The notes beneath the pieces were generated by a model, which did not search any database, was not told the origin of the DNA, and saw nothing but the letters and a program-made list of their open reading frames with translations. The translations under genes and the position numbers were made by a program. 64,000 nucleotides of DNA from NCBI GenBank assembly GCA_964369365.1, contig CAYJES010000001.1, positions 30,967-94,966 of the forward strand. The letters run 5' to 3'. Source of the DNA: an uncultured Lactobacillales bacterium. GTDB lineage: Bacteria > Pseudomonadota > Alphaproteobacteria > CAYJES01. Shown here piece by piece: positions 1 through 9,028 of this stretch; positions within the stretch are counted from its first letter, which is position 1, and each line of letters opens with the position of its first letter.

Positions 1-8
1 GTATCCCA

Positions 9-1145
9 TTGACTGATGAAGCAAATGATATGGCTTTAGAGAAATTAATACCTGCCTCATTAACCCTTGATAAAAATAAACATCTCGGAGTTTTGATTTC
101 CCATGCCCACCAAGACCACTTTGGCTTGATAGAGCTTGCCACTGAGCGCGAGATAGATATTTATGCGAATGAAATTACAACCAATATCATAAACGAATCA
201 GGATTTTGGCTAAGAGATCAAGATGAAGATTTGCCTATCTCAAACTTTAAAGTCGATGAATTCTTTGAAATTGGTGAGTTTAAAATAAAAACTTATAGAG
301 TCGACCACACTTATGATGCTGTGGCTTTTTTAATTTATATCGATGGCAAAAAAATCTTTTATACTGGGGATTTCAGAAACCATGGCAATGTAGATTTTTT
401 CAGCAAATTATTACAGCACGAAGAAATAAAAAATGCCGATATAATGTTAATCGAAGGTACGACCATAGGCAATGATGAAGAACACAAGGCTAAATCAGAA
501 AAAGACCTTATCCCAGAATTTGTTCAGTTTTTTAATAATCACGAAGGACTGCCCTTGATTGCCTGTTCCTCGCAAAATTTTGATAGAATTGTGAATATTA
601 TAAAAACTGCGAATTTGTTAAAAAAAGAACTTGTGATTGATATGTACACTTATAACATTTTACACACTTACGAAAATAACGCTTTAAATGGGGCATTAAC
701 AAAGGTTAAAGTTTTTCTGCCAGACAATCAAAAAATTAAAATAGTAAACTCTGAACGTTTCGATAAATTATGCCCAAAGAATCAAAGAGTTTTTGAAGAA
801 GACTTCAAAGAAAATTACAAGAATTACATCGTACTTTACAAAGCAAGTTACAATAAATTATTCTCTGAAGTTCCTGAATGTGCAACTAAGGCGAAACTAG
901 CATATTCTATGTGGCAAGGGTATTTTGAAAAAGATAAAAGACTACAATCTTTTCTTGAAAAATATAATATAGAAACAAAGCATATTCACACTTCTGGCCA
1001 TGCAAGCGACAAAGCGATAATCACTCTTGTCCAAAATATGACACCTAAAAATATCATTCCTATTCACACAATGCACGCAGGTAAGTTTTGTGAATTATTT
1101 CCAAACACAATCATTTCTTCTGACGGACAAGTTATTGATTTTTAA
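9..1145 (+). CDS. Metallo-beta-lactamase / beta-CASP family nuclease-like protein. Possibly 5'-partial: the frame is open back to the window start.
   Basis: HAHQDH (HxHxDH) MBL motif, downstream VDHTY and TGDF motifs, C-terminal HTSGHAS beta-CASP-like motif. The track start is TTG at 9 with no in-frame stop upstream within the window. Confidence 0.6.
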   Translation: MTDEANDMALEKLIPASLTLDKNKHLGVLISHAHQDHFGLIELATEREIDIYANEITTNIINESGFWLRDQDEDLPISNFKVDEFFEIGEFKIKTYRVDHTYDAVAFLIYIDGKKIFYTGDFRNHGNVDFFSKLLQHEEIKNADIMLIEGTTIGNDEEHKAKSEKDLIPEFVQFFNNHEGLPLIACSSQNFDRIVNIIKTANLLKKELVIDMYTYNILHTYENNALNGALTKVKVFLPDNQKIKIVNSERFDKLCPKNQRVFEEDFKENYKNYIVLYKASYNKLFSEVPECATKAKLAYSMWQGYFEKDKRLQSFLEKYNIETKHIHTSGHASDKAIITLVQNMTPKNIIPIHTMHAGKFCELFPNTIISSDGQVIDF

Positions 1146-1221
1146 CCATTTTTCTCCATTATTTTATACGTCGCATTTTGACGTATATTGATGATATATT
1201 TTATATATTAACAACAAAACA

Positions 1222-3273
1222 ATGGAGAAAATTATGACCGAAGAAAAAAGAATTGCCCTATACTATGCATCCATTTTATATAACACCAAAATGTCTAAAT
1301 CTTATCGTGAAAACTTCATAGATTGGGCTACAGAACATGCACCCGAGATATTTGATGAAAAACTGTATACCAACGACGTAAATGATGAATACTTTGTTGA
1401 CGACGATGATGATGAAAAGGCATTAATTAGCAAACATAATAAGTCTCATAAAAACGAAAAAAATCTTGGATTATTATTAAAAGCTGTAAAAGCGCCTAAA
1501 CGCCTTTCATGTACAGGGAAAACTTACAAAAAAGCTAATATGATTTGCGATGCATTGGGGATACATGATATTGATCGCGAAATTATAAGGCTATCTGTTT
1601 TTATAAAAGAATTTGAAACAATAAGAGACCTAATTAAAAGTGTTGAAAAAAAAGATTTTGACATTAATTTAATTTCTTGGCTATTGCAAAAACCTATTAA
1701 CTCTGTAAAACAAGCTCTAGGCGACCAATCTCCTTTAATAAAAAAAGGTTTATTAGAGTTTTCATATCGCAGTAATTACTCAAAAACTAATATATTAAAT
1801 AAAGTTCTTATATCTCCTTGCAGAAACTATAATGAAATACGGCGAGTTGTATTAGATGAAAAAGCTAAAACCAAACTTTCAAAAAAAGACTTCCAACACG
1901 TTGAAAACGAACTTAATTTTTTAATTAAAATACTAACTAAATGTTTTGAAAAAAAAGAATTAGGCGTAAATATAATGCTTTATGGCCCTCCTGGCACAGG
2001 AAAAACAGAATTTTCAAAAGTGTTATGTAAAGAATTAAAAGCAGATCTGTATATGCTTTCCGAAAATGCAGATGATCTTAAAAACAAAAGCAGATTGACC
2101 GAATTACGGCTTGCTCAGTCTTTAACAAAAGATGATAAAAACACAGTATTGCTTCTTGATGAAGCTGAAGATGTTTTCTATGGTTCTGATACCGCTTCTA
2201 AAATGTATGTTAATCGCGCACTTGAAAAAAACCAAACCCCTGTTATTTGGATAAGCAATAACATAAGGTGGATGGATCCCGCGTATTTACGTAGATATAC
2301 TTATGCAATAGAGTTTCCAGAACCACCCGAAAGCGTACGTGAAAGTTTATGGAAAAATATCGCAAAGAAAAATAAATACAAACTATCCATTAAAAAAGCA
2401 AAAGAATATGCAAAAAAATATGAAATTGCGCCTTCTTTTATCAACAGAGCGATACGGTCAGCAGCACTTTTAGATGACGAAAGTGCTATTGATAAAACAA
2501 TCCAAAGCCTTAAGAAAGCTATTACAGGAAAAGATTTTACTAAAAACGAAACTGATAAAAATAAAAAAAAATATAATGGCGAATATAACACAAACTTTAA
2601 TACTGACATACTTAACACCGATATTGATTTAAAAAAACTTGCAATGAGCCTTAAAAATAAAGAAACAAAACGATTTTCTTTGTGTCTTTTTGGGGCTGCA
2701 GGAACTGGCAAATCTGAATATGCAAGGTACCTTGCAAATGAATTGAAATTGCCAATAATCCACAAACGAGCATCAGACTTAATCAGCAAATATGTCGGTG
2801 AAACAGAACAAAATATTGCAGAAGTATTTAAACAAGCAAAAGAAAAGAAATCACTATTAATCTTTGATGAAGCAGATAGTTTTTTACAAGACAGAAGCCT
2901 TGCTCAGAGAACGTGGGAGGTTTCCAGCGTAAACGAGATGCTAACATGGATGGAAAATCATCCATACCCATTTATTTGCACCACAAATTTAATGGAAAGT
3001 TTGGATAAAGCGAGCTTGCGACGTTTTACATTCAAGGTAAAATACGACTATTTGAAATCTGAACAAGTTCAAAAAGCTTTCAAACACTTCTTTAATAAAG
3101 ATGCAAATCTTGGTGAACTTATAAACCTGGGTCATCTTGCTCCTGGAGATTTTATGGTAGTGAAAAATAAAGCAGAGATTTTAGAAATAGAAAATCGGTT
3201 CGACCTTATCGAAATGCTACAAAGCGAACAAGAAGCGAAAGGCATAATCACAAAACCTAAAATCGGCTTTTAA
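1222..3273 (+). CDS. Tandem AAA+ ATPase: ~230-aa N-terminal domain of unknown type followed by two classical AAA modules. The start is more likely ATG at 1234, which has GGAG 8 nt upstream.
   Basis: Walker A GPPGTGKT and GAAGTGKS. Walker B LLLDEAED and LLIFDEAD. Sensor-1 and Arg-finger segments ISNN...LRRYTY and CTTN...LRRFTF. Confidence 0.7.
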   Translation: MEKIMTEEKRIALYYASILYNTKMSKSYRENFIDWATEHAPEIFDEKLYTNDVNDEYFVDDDDDEKALISKHNKSHKNEKNLGLLLKAVKAPKRLSCTGKTYKKANMICDALGIHDIDREIIRLSVFIKEFETIRDLIKSVEKKDFDINLISWLLQKPINSVKQALGDQSPLIKKGLLEFSYRSNYSKTNILNKVLISPCRNYNEIRRVVLDEKAKTKLSKKDFQHVENELNFLIKILTKCFEKKELGVNIMLYGPPGTGKTEFSKVLCKELKADLYMLSENADDLKNKSRLTELRLAQSLTKDDKNTVLLLDEAEDVFYGSDTASKMYVNRALEKNQTPVIWISNNIRWMDPAYLRRYTYAIEFPEPPESVRESLWKNIAKKNKYKLSIKKAKEYAKKYEIAPSFINRAIRSAALLDDESAIDKTIQSLKKAITGKDFTKNETDKNKKKYNGEYNTNFNTDILNTDIDLKKLAMSLKNKETKRFSLCLFGAAGTGKSEYARYLANELKLPIIHKRASDLISKYVGETEQNIAEVFKQAKEKKSLLIFDEADSFLQDRSLAQRTWEVSSVNEMLTWMENHPYPFICTTNLMESLDKASLRRFTFKVKYDYLKSEQVQKAFKHFFNKDANLGELINLGHLAPGDFMVVKNKAEILEIENRFDLIEMLQSEQEAKGIITKPKIGF

Positions 3274-3321
3274 TATTCAAATAAATTTGATATGATACGT
3301 TAAAAAAGAAAAGGATGTAAA

Positions 3322-3930
3322 ATGAAGTACAACCAACTAAAAGACATATTAGAAAAACTCGAAAGCAAATATAGAGATACTAAATTTCATAAAGATAATT
3401 ATATGCGACAATATTTTGTCCTAGATACGAATGCAAAAGAAAATGATAAAGATTTGCCAATTGTCATCGTTGTCGGAGCTAATTATTGGCAATATGGGGG
3501 TGAAGAATACAAGGAGTTCTGTTTAAATGGAGTTGAAGAACCTAAAAAAGATGCTACAAATACACGAATTAAAAACTTTTTAAACAACCATATTAATAAT
3601 TCTTTCAACACTGACCCTATTGGTGATTTCCACCTAATTTTCACCAACCTATCTCCTTATATTGCGAAAGAAGGATGGGATGAAATTGATAAAAAGGAAA
3701 AAGAAATACTTTTAGCAGAAGCTGAAAATTTAGGTCATATTAATGAATTAGCAAAAGAGCTGGCAGATAAAAAGGAAAATTTAATTTGGATTGGCCACAC
3801 AAAATCCATTTTTGAACAATTAGAAAAAAAGCTTACTAGCATTTGCGAGATTAAAGAAAAATTTTATCTCTGTAATAATCTAAGCCGGTGCAACAATCCT
3901 AACTTTCAAGAAGTGAAGAAAAATGACTAA
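3322..3930 (+). CDS. Hypothetical protein (202 aa), translationally coupled to the downstream GGCT-like gene.
   Basis: AAGGA RBS 7 nt upstream of the ATG. 8-nt overlap with the next ORF. No recognisable motif. Confidence 0.5.
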   Translation: MKYNQLKDILEKLESKYRDTKFHKDNYMRQYFVLDTNAKENDKDLPIVIVVGANYWQYGGEEYKEFCLNGVEEPKKDATNTRIKNFLNNHINNSFNTDPIGDFHLIFTNLSPYIAKEGWDEIDKKEKEILLAEAENLGHINELAKELADKKENLIWIGHTKSIFEQLEKKLTSICEIKEKFYLCNNLSRCNNPNFQEVKKND

Positions 3931-4336
3931 CGAGTTTTATTACTTTGGATATGGTAGCAATATGGATTGGGCTCGAATGAAAAAAAGATGTCCTGAATCT
4001 GTTGCTATTGGGGTTGCGAAACTGCCAGAACATAAGGTTGTTGAACGCAAATTTGCGGACATAGAACCTTGCAAAAATTCCACTGTTTTCGGTGTACTTT
4101 ACAAGATATCAGAAGATGATTTAACCGCCTTAGACCATTATGAAGGTTACCCTGATGGCTATGACCGCAAATACATCGATGTTTATTACCAAGATCAAAA
4201 GCATAAAGCTATCGTGTACGAAATGACCGAAAGCTATAGAGAGTTTAATCAAGATATTCCATATTCGGATGAATATAAAAAACTATGTTATGATGCAGCT
4301 GCGCATTGGGATTTACCTATTAACGCATACGAATAA
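3923..4336 (+). CDS. Gamma-glutamyl cyclotransferase (GGCT/AIG2)-like protein.
   Basis: N-terminal YFGYGSNM motif characteristic of the GGCT/AIG2 fold. Size 137 aa. Confidence 0.55.
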   Translation: MTNEFYYFGYGSNMDWARMKKRCPESVAIGVAKLPEHKVVERKFADIEPCKNSTVFGVLYKISEDDLTALDHYEGYPDGYDRKYIDVYYQDQKHKAIVYEMTESYREFNQDIPYSDEYKKLCYDAAAHWDLPINAYE

Positions 4337-4341
4337 AACTA

Positions 4342-5310
4342 TTAATATTCAGGCAAGCTTTCCCAGAAATTTGTTGGCTTTATTACCTTTACCTTATCGC
4401 CCCAAGTGTATAGATGCCAAGACATTTCACGTCTACCTCCTGCCCTAAATTTCACCAAAAGCGATCCGTCTTTTTTGCGTTTTACTTTTTGAGTGGGGTG
4501 GAAGACATAACGTTCTGCCTCATCTGCCGCTTCTTTTGCAAATAACCATTCAACATCAAAAGGTTCTTCTTGATAGGTCCCAAAAGAATTTTCAACATAT
4601 TTTTCAAGTGAAAATTTTGCATCTTCTTCAAAGGTTTCTTTTAAAATCGTTACCTTTTTAATATTTCCAAGAATATAATAGCGCAGCTCACCTTTTGACC
4701 TTCCATCAACATATTTTGCTAACAAATAATGATTCCTATCTCCATAAACAAAACCCATAGGTATAAGTTTAGTATAATTAATTTTCCCGCTAGATTGATT
4801 AAAATAATCAATTTTGATTTGTCGGAAAGAGTGCAATGCGTCTCTTAACACACTAACGATAGTGTTGTCCATTTTTATCTTAGGACCAGGGCGTAACGCA
4901 AGCCCTTCTGATTTCAAAATATCCTCGACATCCATTGCAACGCTAGATTTTGGCTTTATCAATGATAAGAATTTATTTCTTGCTGTTTCTAAATTCTTTG
5001 CTTTTTCATCTAGGTTATTTTTTTGCAAATGTTTAATCGCACTATTAATTGCTGCAAGCTCACTTTTTGTCAGACTTGCCAACCCTGTCAATTTATTGGA
5101 AGTTAATCTGAAATGCTTTTTATTATCATCTCCATATTCTTCTAAAAAATCTGCAGCGAAATAGTTTGCGATTGCATTTCGCATACGCTCTGCAGTTCTT
5201 CTGCCTACACCAAATCTTTCTTGAATGTCATCTAAGGTTATTCCTTCGCTATTGCCTTGCATCATAAACGCAAGGTCAAACATATCCAACATCTTCCCAT
5301 AATTTTCCAT
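4342..5310 (-). CDS. HTH + WYL-domain transcriptional regulator (BrxR/CapW-like). The track's TTG at 5340 is probably an over-extension; ATG at 5310 has GGAGG 10 nt upstream.
   Basis: N-terminal winged-HTH-like segment (ITLDDIQERFGVGRRTAERMRNAI). Central WYL-like segment (KLIPMGFVYGDRNHYLLAKYVDG). Size ~320 aa. Confidence 0.55.
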   Translation of the reverse strand: MENYGKMLDMFDLAFMMQGNSEGITLDDIQERFGVGRRTAERMRNAIANYFAADFLEEYGDDNKKHFRLTSNKLTGLASLTKSELAAINSAIKHLQKNNLDEKAKNLETARNKFLSLIKPKSSVAMDVEDILKSEGLALRPGPKIKMDNTIVSVLRDALHSFRQIKIDYFNQSSGKINYTKLIPMGFVYGDRNHYLLAKYVDGRSKGELRYYILGNIKKVTILKETFEEDAKFSLEKYVENSFGTYQEEPFDVEWLFAKEAADEAERYVFHPTQKVKRKKDGSLLVKFRAGGRREMSWHLYTWGDKVKVIKPTNFWESLPEY

Positions 5311-5314
5311 ATTG

Positions 5315-6454
5315 CTAAACCTCCATAATTTTTTTAGCAATTTGCATTATTACTTCATCAATTTCATTTATCTTTTTTATTAAAGTTTCTTTTGATATCA
5401 AAAAATCATTTTTTTTACTTGTCAATAAAACATCACCTATTTTGGTTGTTTGTGCTGTTTTTGATATTTTCAGCTTTTCTCTTGATTTTTTGAACCCTTC
5501 AACTTTTTCCAATTCACATTTTATTTTATTAATCATGTCCAATCGAACCTTAGATGATCTGAACTTTTCATATTTCACCCTTATATCTATTTTATTCTTT
5601 TTCGAAGTTTCCTCTTTGTCGTATCCAAGAACTGAGTAATATAAAAACATTCTGTTTGATATATCAAACCCTTTTATTTTTAAAGCATTATCTTTTTTCC
5701 ATCCGTCATAGAGAAAATACCATTTATTTTGTTTATCATTTACACATATATCATTAAAAAAACCTTGCCATGTCCATTTAGACCAATTCTTCAAATCATT
5801 ACATTCTTTATACTCATCTGTTTTTTTATTAACATATGTCCAATAATTAAAAAATTCATCAATTATCCACATATCTTTATTAACATTACTTTCTAATGAA
5901 TTTAAAAAATCCACTCTATCAAAAAGGGTGTATTTCTCCTTATCTAACATACCCTTAAAATCTTTATTATTTAAAAAATTTCCTGTTTTTGTAACGATGC
6001 CAAAAATATCATTTTCTTTAAAACCTTTTGCTTCTACAATTTTTCTATACTTAGATAATTGAGATTCCTTGTCGTTGTTATTTTTTTTATTTTTCGCTTT
6101 TACTTCTTTTTCTTTTTTGCTTTTTTTTATATTGCTATCATGAATATCGGAATCTGTTTTATCTTCTATAATAAGGGCTTTTTTTATATTATTATTTTTA
6201 TCAACCTGCTCAAAATAAACTAACACATCGATATTGTCTTTTTGAACTTTCACCTCTGTTATTTTATAATCCCCTTCTATTCCAGCCTTTTCAAATAATG
6301 CATCGGCGAATGATTTTCCTGCTTTATGTAAATTATCATCTTTTTTTTCATTTTCTTCTCGTGACCATTCAAGGAGCCAGGCGATAAAGGCATCTTGCGA
6401 CAACTCTTTCGTTGCAAATTGAAATAAATTTGGTTTTTGAAGTTGATTTGTCAT
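5315..6454 (-). CDS. Hypothetical protein with a putative N-terminal PD-(D/E)XK nuclease core and a Lys/Asn-rich C-terminal half.
   Basis: AAGGAG RBS. Motifs DVLVYFE ... LIIEDKTD resemble the D...(D/E)xK catalytic core. This is inference. Confidence 0.4.
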   Translation of the reverse strand: MTNQLQKPNLFQFATKELSQDAFIAWLLEWSREENEKKDDNLHKAGKSFADALFEKAGIEGDYKITEVKVQKDNIDVLVYFEQVDKNNNIKKALIIEDKTDSDIHDSNIKKSKKEKEVKAKNKKNNNDKESQLSKYRKIVEAKGFKENDIFGIVTKTGNFLNNKDFKGMLDKEKYTLFDRVDFLNSLESNVNKDMWIIDEFFNYWTYVNKKTDEYKECNDLKNWSKWTWQGFFNDICVNDKQNKWYFLYDGWKKDNALKIKGFDISNRMFLYYSVLGYDKEETSKKNKIDIRVKYEKFRSSKVRLDMINKIKCELEKVEGFKKSREKLKISKTAQTTKIGDVLLTSKKNDFLISKETLIKKINEIDEVIMQIAKKIMEV

Positions 6455-6505
6455 TATACATCTCCTTTTTATTATTTTAAATATTAACCTTATGACGCTT
6501 CTATA

Positions 6506-7522
6506 TCAAATATTGTCATTATTATCATTACTCTGTGAAGAGCAAAAACATACATCATTATGTTTTATATTATATTTTAATCCGATTAAGTCTTCTAAGA
6601 ATTCTTTTTTTTCTTGCTTAAACTTATTAAATACATCTTCTATTGATACATGAAAACAATTCTTACCTTCCATTTGCTTGCTACTATCTCGAGAAAATAG
6701 TATATATATTTTATCATCTGATTTTGGTGACCCATTAAAAATATTCGTATAACCTGAATTACCATCAAATTTAACTTGAGCGTACAAATAACAACCGTCA
6801 GAAAATCGGCCTATTATATCATAAATTGCTAAACTTTTGCCTACTCTTACATTACTGTATTCATATTTTTTATCTTTAAACCAATTTAACCGCAAGTACT
6901 CTTCGCACATTTGCTCTACCGCTTTATAATGCATTAAATCTATGGATAAATCTATTTGCTCTCCTTTATAAATAAGAGGAATTATTGTATTATATATAGG
7001 AGATTTTGGTCTACATATTGTATTGTAAGGAGGCCTGGCTGATAATAAAGCAGGATAATCTTCATAAAAAATTTCCTTTACGTTTTTTATAGTTAGATAT
7101 TTCATTGGAAACATATTATCTTCAACGTCTTTTATTTCGTCGCTATCTATCTCCCCTATAAGAATTTTTTTTACTTGAACATCATCTACTAAAAGTTCAT
7201 ATTCGGCTACTATAAGAATATTATTTTTGTTTTTTATTATATTTTCAAAAGTTTTTTGGATATTTAACATATTTTTTAATGATTTTTCATTTGCATTTTC
7301 AAGCAATTTAGGTTCATTATCTTTATAATATTTTTTAGCTAAGTTTATCAAAGAATCATTATCATTATCATACTTTTTATAATCTTTATATGAAACAGGA
7401 AAATGGCCAAAACATATTCTTTTTTTATCAAATGCTCTTTGTGCGAAATTATTTTTTCTTTCATCTTCCGTTTTACAATATTGTAAAAAATTATGCCTTA
7501 TAAAATAAACTTCTTTTTCCAT
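6506..7522 (-). CDS. Hypothetical protein (~338 aa). Start is probably ATG at 7522 (AAGGAG 8 nt upstream) rather than the track start at 7555.
   Basis: ORF lies in an operon with the flanking nuclease-like genes, with 10-nt and 52-nt gaps. No confident domain assignment. Confidence 0.45.
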   Translation of the reverse strand: MEKEVYFIRHNFLQYCKTEDERKNNFAQRAFDKKRICFGHFPVSYKDYKKYDNDNDSLINLAKKYYKDNEPKLLENANEKSLKNMLNIQKTFENIIKNKNNILIVAEYELLVDDVQVKKILIGEIDSDEIKDVEDNMFPMKYLTIKNVKEIFYEDYPALLSARPPYNTICRPKSPIYNTIIPLIYKGEQIDLSIDLMHYKAVEQMCEEYLRLNWFKDKKYEYSNVRVGKSLAIYDIIGRFSDGCYLYAQVKFDGNSGYTNIFNGSPKSDDKIYILFSRDSSKQMEGKNCFHVSIEDVFNKFKQEKKEFLEDLIGLKYNIKHNDVCFCSSQSNDNNDNI

Positions 7523-7532
7523 ATTTTTCTCC

Positions 7533-8984
7533 TTATATTTTACTATACAACACATCTATCAACTTTGCCATAGCAAGGGTGTCTTGGTGGCAGTATTGGG
7601 TTAGACCTGAGAACAGAGTTTGTTCTTCTTCCTCTGATAGTTTGTTTTGCATAAATGATAGGTATCTATCCATTGCTTCGCCGCCGTTTGCTATTTCCAT
7701 ATCGTCATAGCTTAGGTCGGTGAAAGCTGGCAACACATATTTGATAGAGTTTGAATTTTGTTGTTTTGGATTGTATAAAACCCTGTCTCTAAATGGCTTC
7801 AACAAATCAATCATACGGGCGTTAATTGATAAAATATCAGAGTTTAAATCCGGAAATAGATTTGCAAGTTCTTTATTCCTAGTTTCTTCAAATGCTTGAT
7901 TATATACGATAACAGATCCTTTTTTACCGCAACTATCAACCAATTTTTCGGCAAACAATCTGCGAGGGTCTGATTTTTCTTTATGAAGAAACTCGATATG
8001 TTCCAGCGTCCCTCCCTTTTCTTTTTGAATATGGAGCGAAAATTGAAACGGGATTTGGTTGTAAGTTCCGCTGTTATCAAACAAAGGAATTGCTGGTTGG
8101 ATTGTTTCATAATCAAGATAATATAATGGATATTCCAACGTATCCAAAAATTCTTTTATTCTGTCTTTGTCGACGTATTCTTTGTTATCAATGAACGCTT
8201 GCACAGCCACCTTTGCCGCATCAGAACATTCTGGCAAAATATCAGGCGTGATTTCTGCGCTTTTCCTTTGGATGTATAGCTTGTCAGCCTTTGGATTTCG
8301 AATAACATCAAAAAGCGAAAATTCTGGGATATCTTTACCACAATAATGATAAAATTGACAGCCTTTGCACGCCTTATGAAGTTCTATTTTTGGTTCTGAT
8401 TTTCCTTTTTGGATTTTATAAAATTCTAAAGCTTTTTTTTGCACGTCGTGATACTCATATTCCACTTGTTCAGATACATCCGTTAAGGTAAATAACTGTT
8501 TAACATCAATCTTGCCATCTTTCTTATATTCCTTGTTAAAATGCAAAACATAACAGCTTTTTATTGGATAACCAGCTTGCATAAACACATAACGTTGAAA
8601 GGCCAAATCGACATAATGTTCTGATTTTGCTTCGTTAGTAGCCTTTATTTCAATCAAATCCCAGCCGTTAGAGTTCCTTTGCATTACGTCAATTCGGCAG
8701 TATGCGCCCCAAGTGGTTTTTGCAAAAGCCTCAAATAAAATATCGTGCTTTTTGCTTTGTTCTTGAGTTATCAAACAACCGCCTGTGATGTTCCAATAGT
8801 CTGCTTCCACCATATAACCGCCATCAAAGAAATCACGTGCAAGGTCTTGAGTTTCATTACCCTTATCAAAAATGGCTTGCAATTCTTGTGGGGTAGGAGG
8901 AATCAAATCTTTGCGATTTTTCTTTAACCACAAGGCCTTAGCACAATCCAGCGCCATCATATAGTCAGATTTTGATAAAAACAT
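7533..8984 (-). CDS. Fusion protein: N-terminal Cas4/RecB-like PD-(D/E)XK nuclease with Cys cluster, plus C-terminal DnaQ-like DEDD 3'-5' exonuclease. Possibly DUF2779-like.
   Basis: AGGAGG RBS 6 nt upstream. Nuclease motifs WDLIEIK (D..ExK) and QRYV (QxxxY-like). Cys cluster CKGCQFYHYC plus N-terminal Cys. Exonuclease motifs YLDYETI (Exo I, DxE), VYNQAFEE (Exo II, NxxF[DE]) and YCHQDTLAMAKL (Exo III, HxxD). Confidence 0.5.
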   Translation of the reverse strand: MFLSKSDYMMALDCAKALWLKKNRKDLIPPTPQELQAIFDKGNETQDLARDFFDGGYMVEADYWNITGGCLITQEQSKKHDILFEAFAKTTWGAYCRIDVMQRNSNGWDLIEIKATNEAKSEHYVDLAFQRYVFMQAGYPIKSCYVLHFNKEYKKDGKIDVKQLFTLTDVSEQVEYEYHDVQKKALEFYKIQKGKSEPKIELHKACKGCQFYHYCGKDIPEFSLFDVIRNPKADKLYIQRKSAEITPDILPECSDAAKVAVQAFIDNKEYVDKDRIKEFLDTLEYPLYYLDYETIQPAIPLFDNSGTYNQIPFQFSLHIQKEKGGTLEHIEFLHKEKSDPRRLFAEKLVDSCGKKGSVIVYNQAFEETRNKELANLFPDLNSDILSINARMIDLLKPFRDRVLYNPKQQNSNSIKYVLPAFTDLSYDDMEIANGGEAMDRYLSFMQNKLSEEEEQTLFSGLTQYCHQDTLAMAKLIDVLYSKI

Positions 8985-9028
8985 AATCCCTCCTAATTTA
9001 TATTTTAGATTAACAGCCTATCATTTAT

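Noticed and set aside
2301-2789. Many 60-160-aa ORFs on the strand opposite to long genes (e.g. 2301..2789, 4814..5164, 25092..25391, 31032..32017, 36130..36519, 44051..44630, 52171..52946, 54839..55242).
   Set aside because: They lie entirely inside well-supported longer CDSs on the other strand. They have low-complexity, biased composition and no RBS, as expected for spurious frames in AT-rich DNA.
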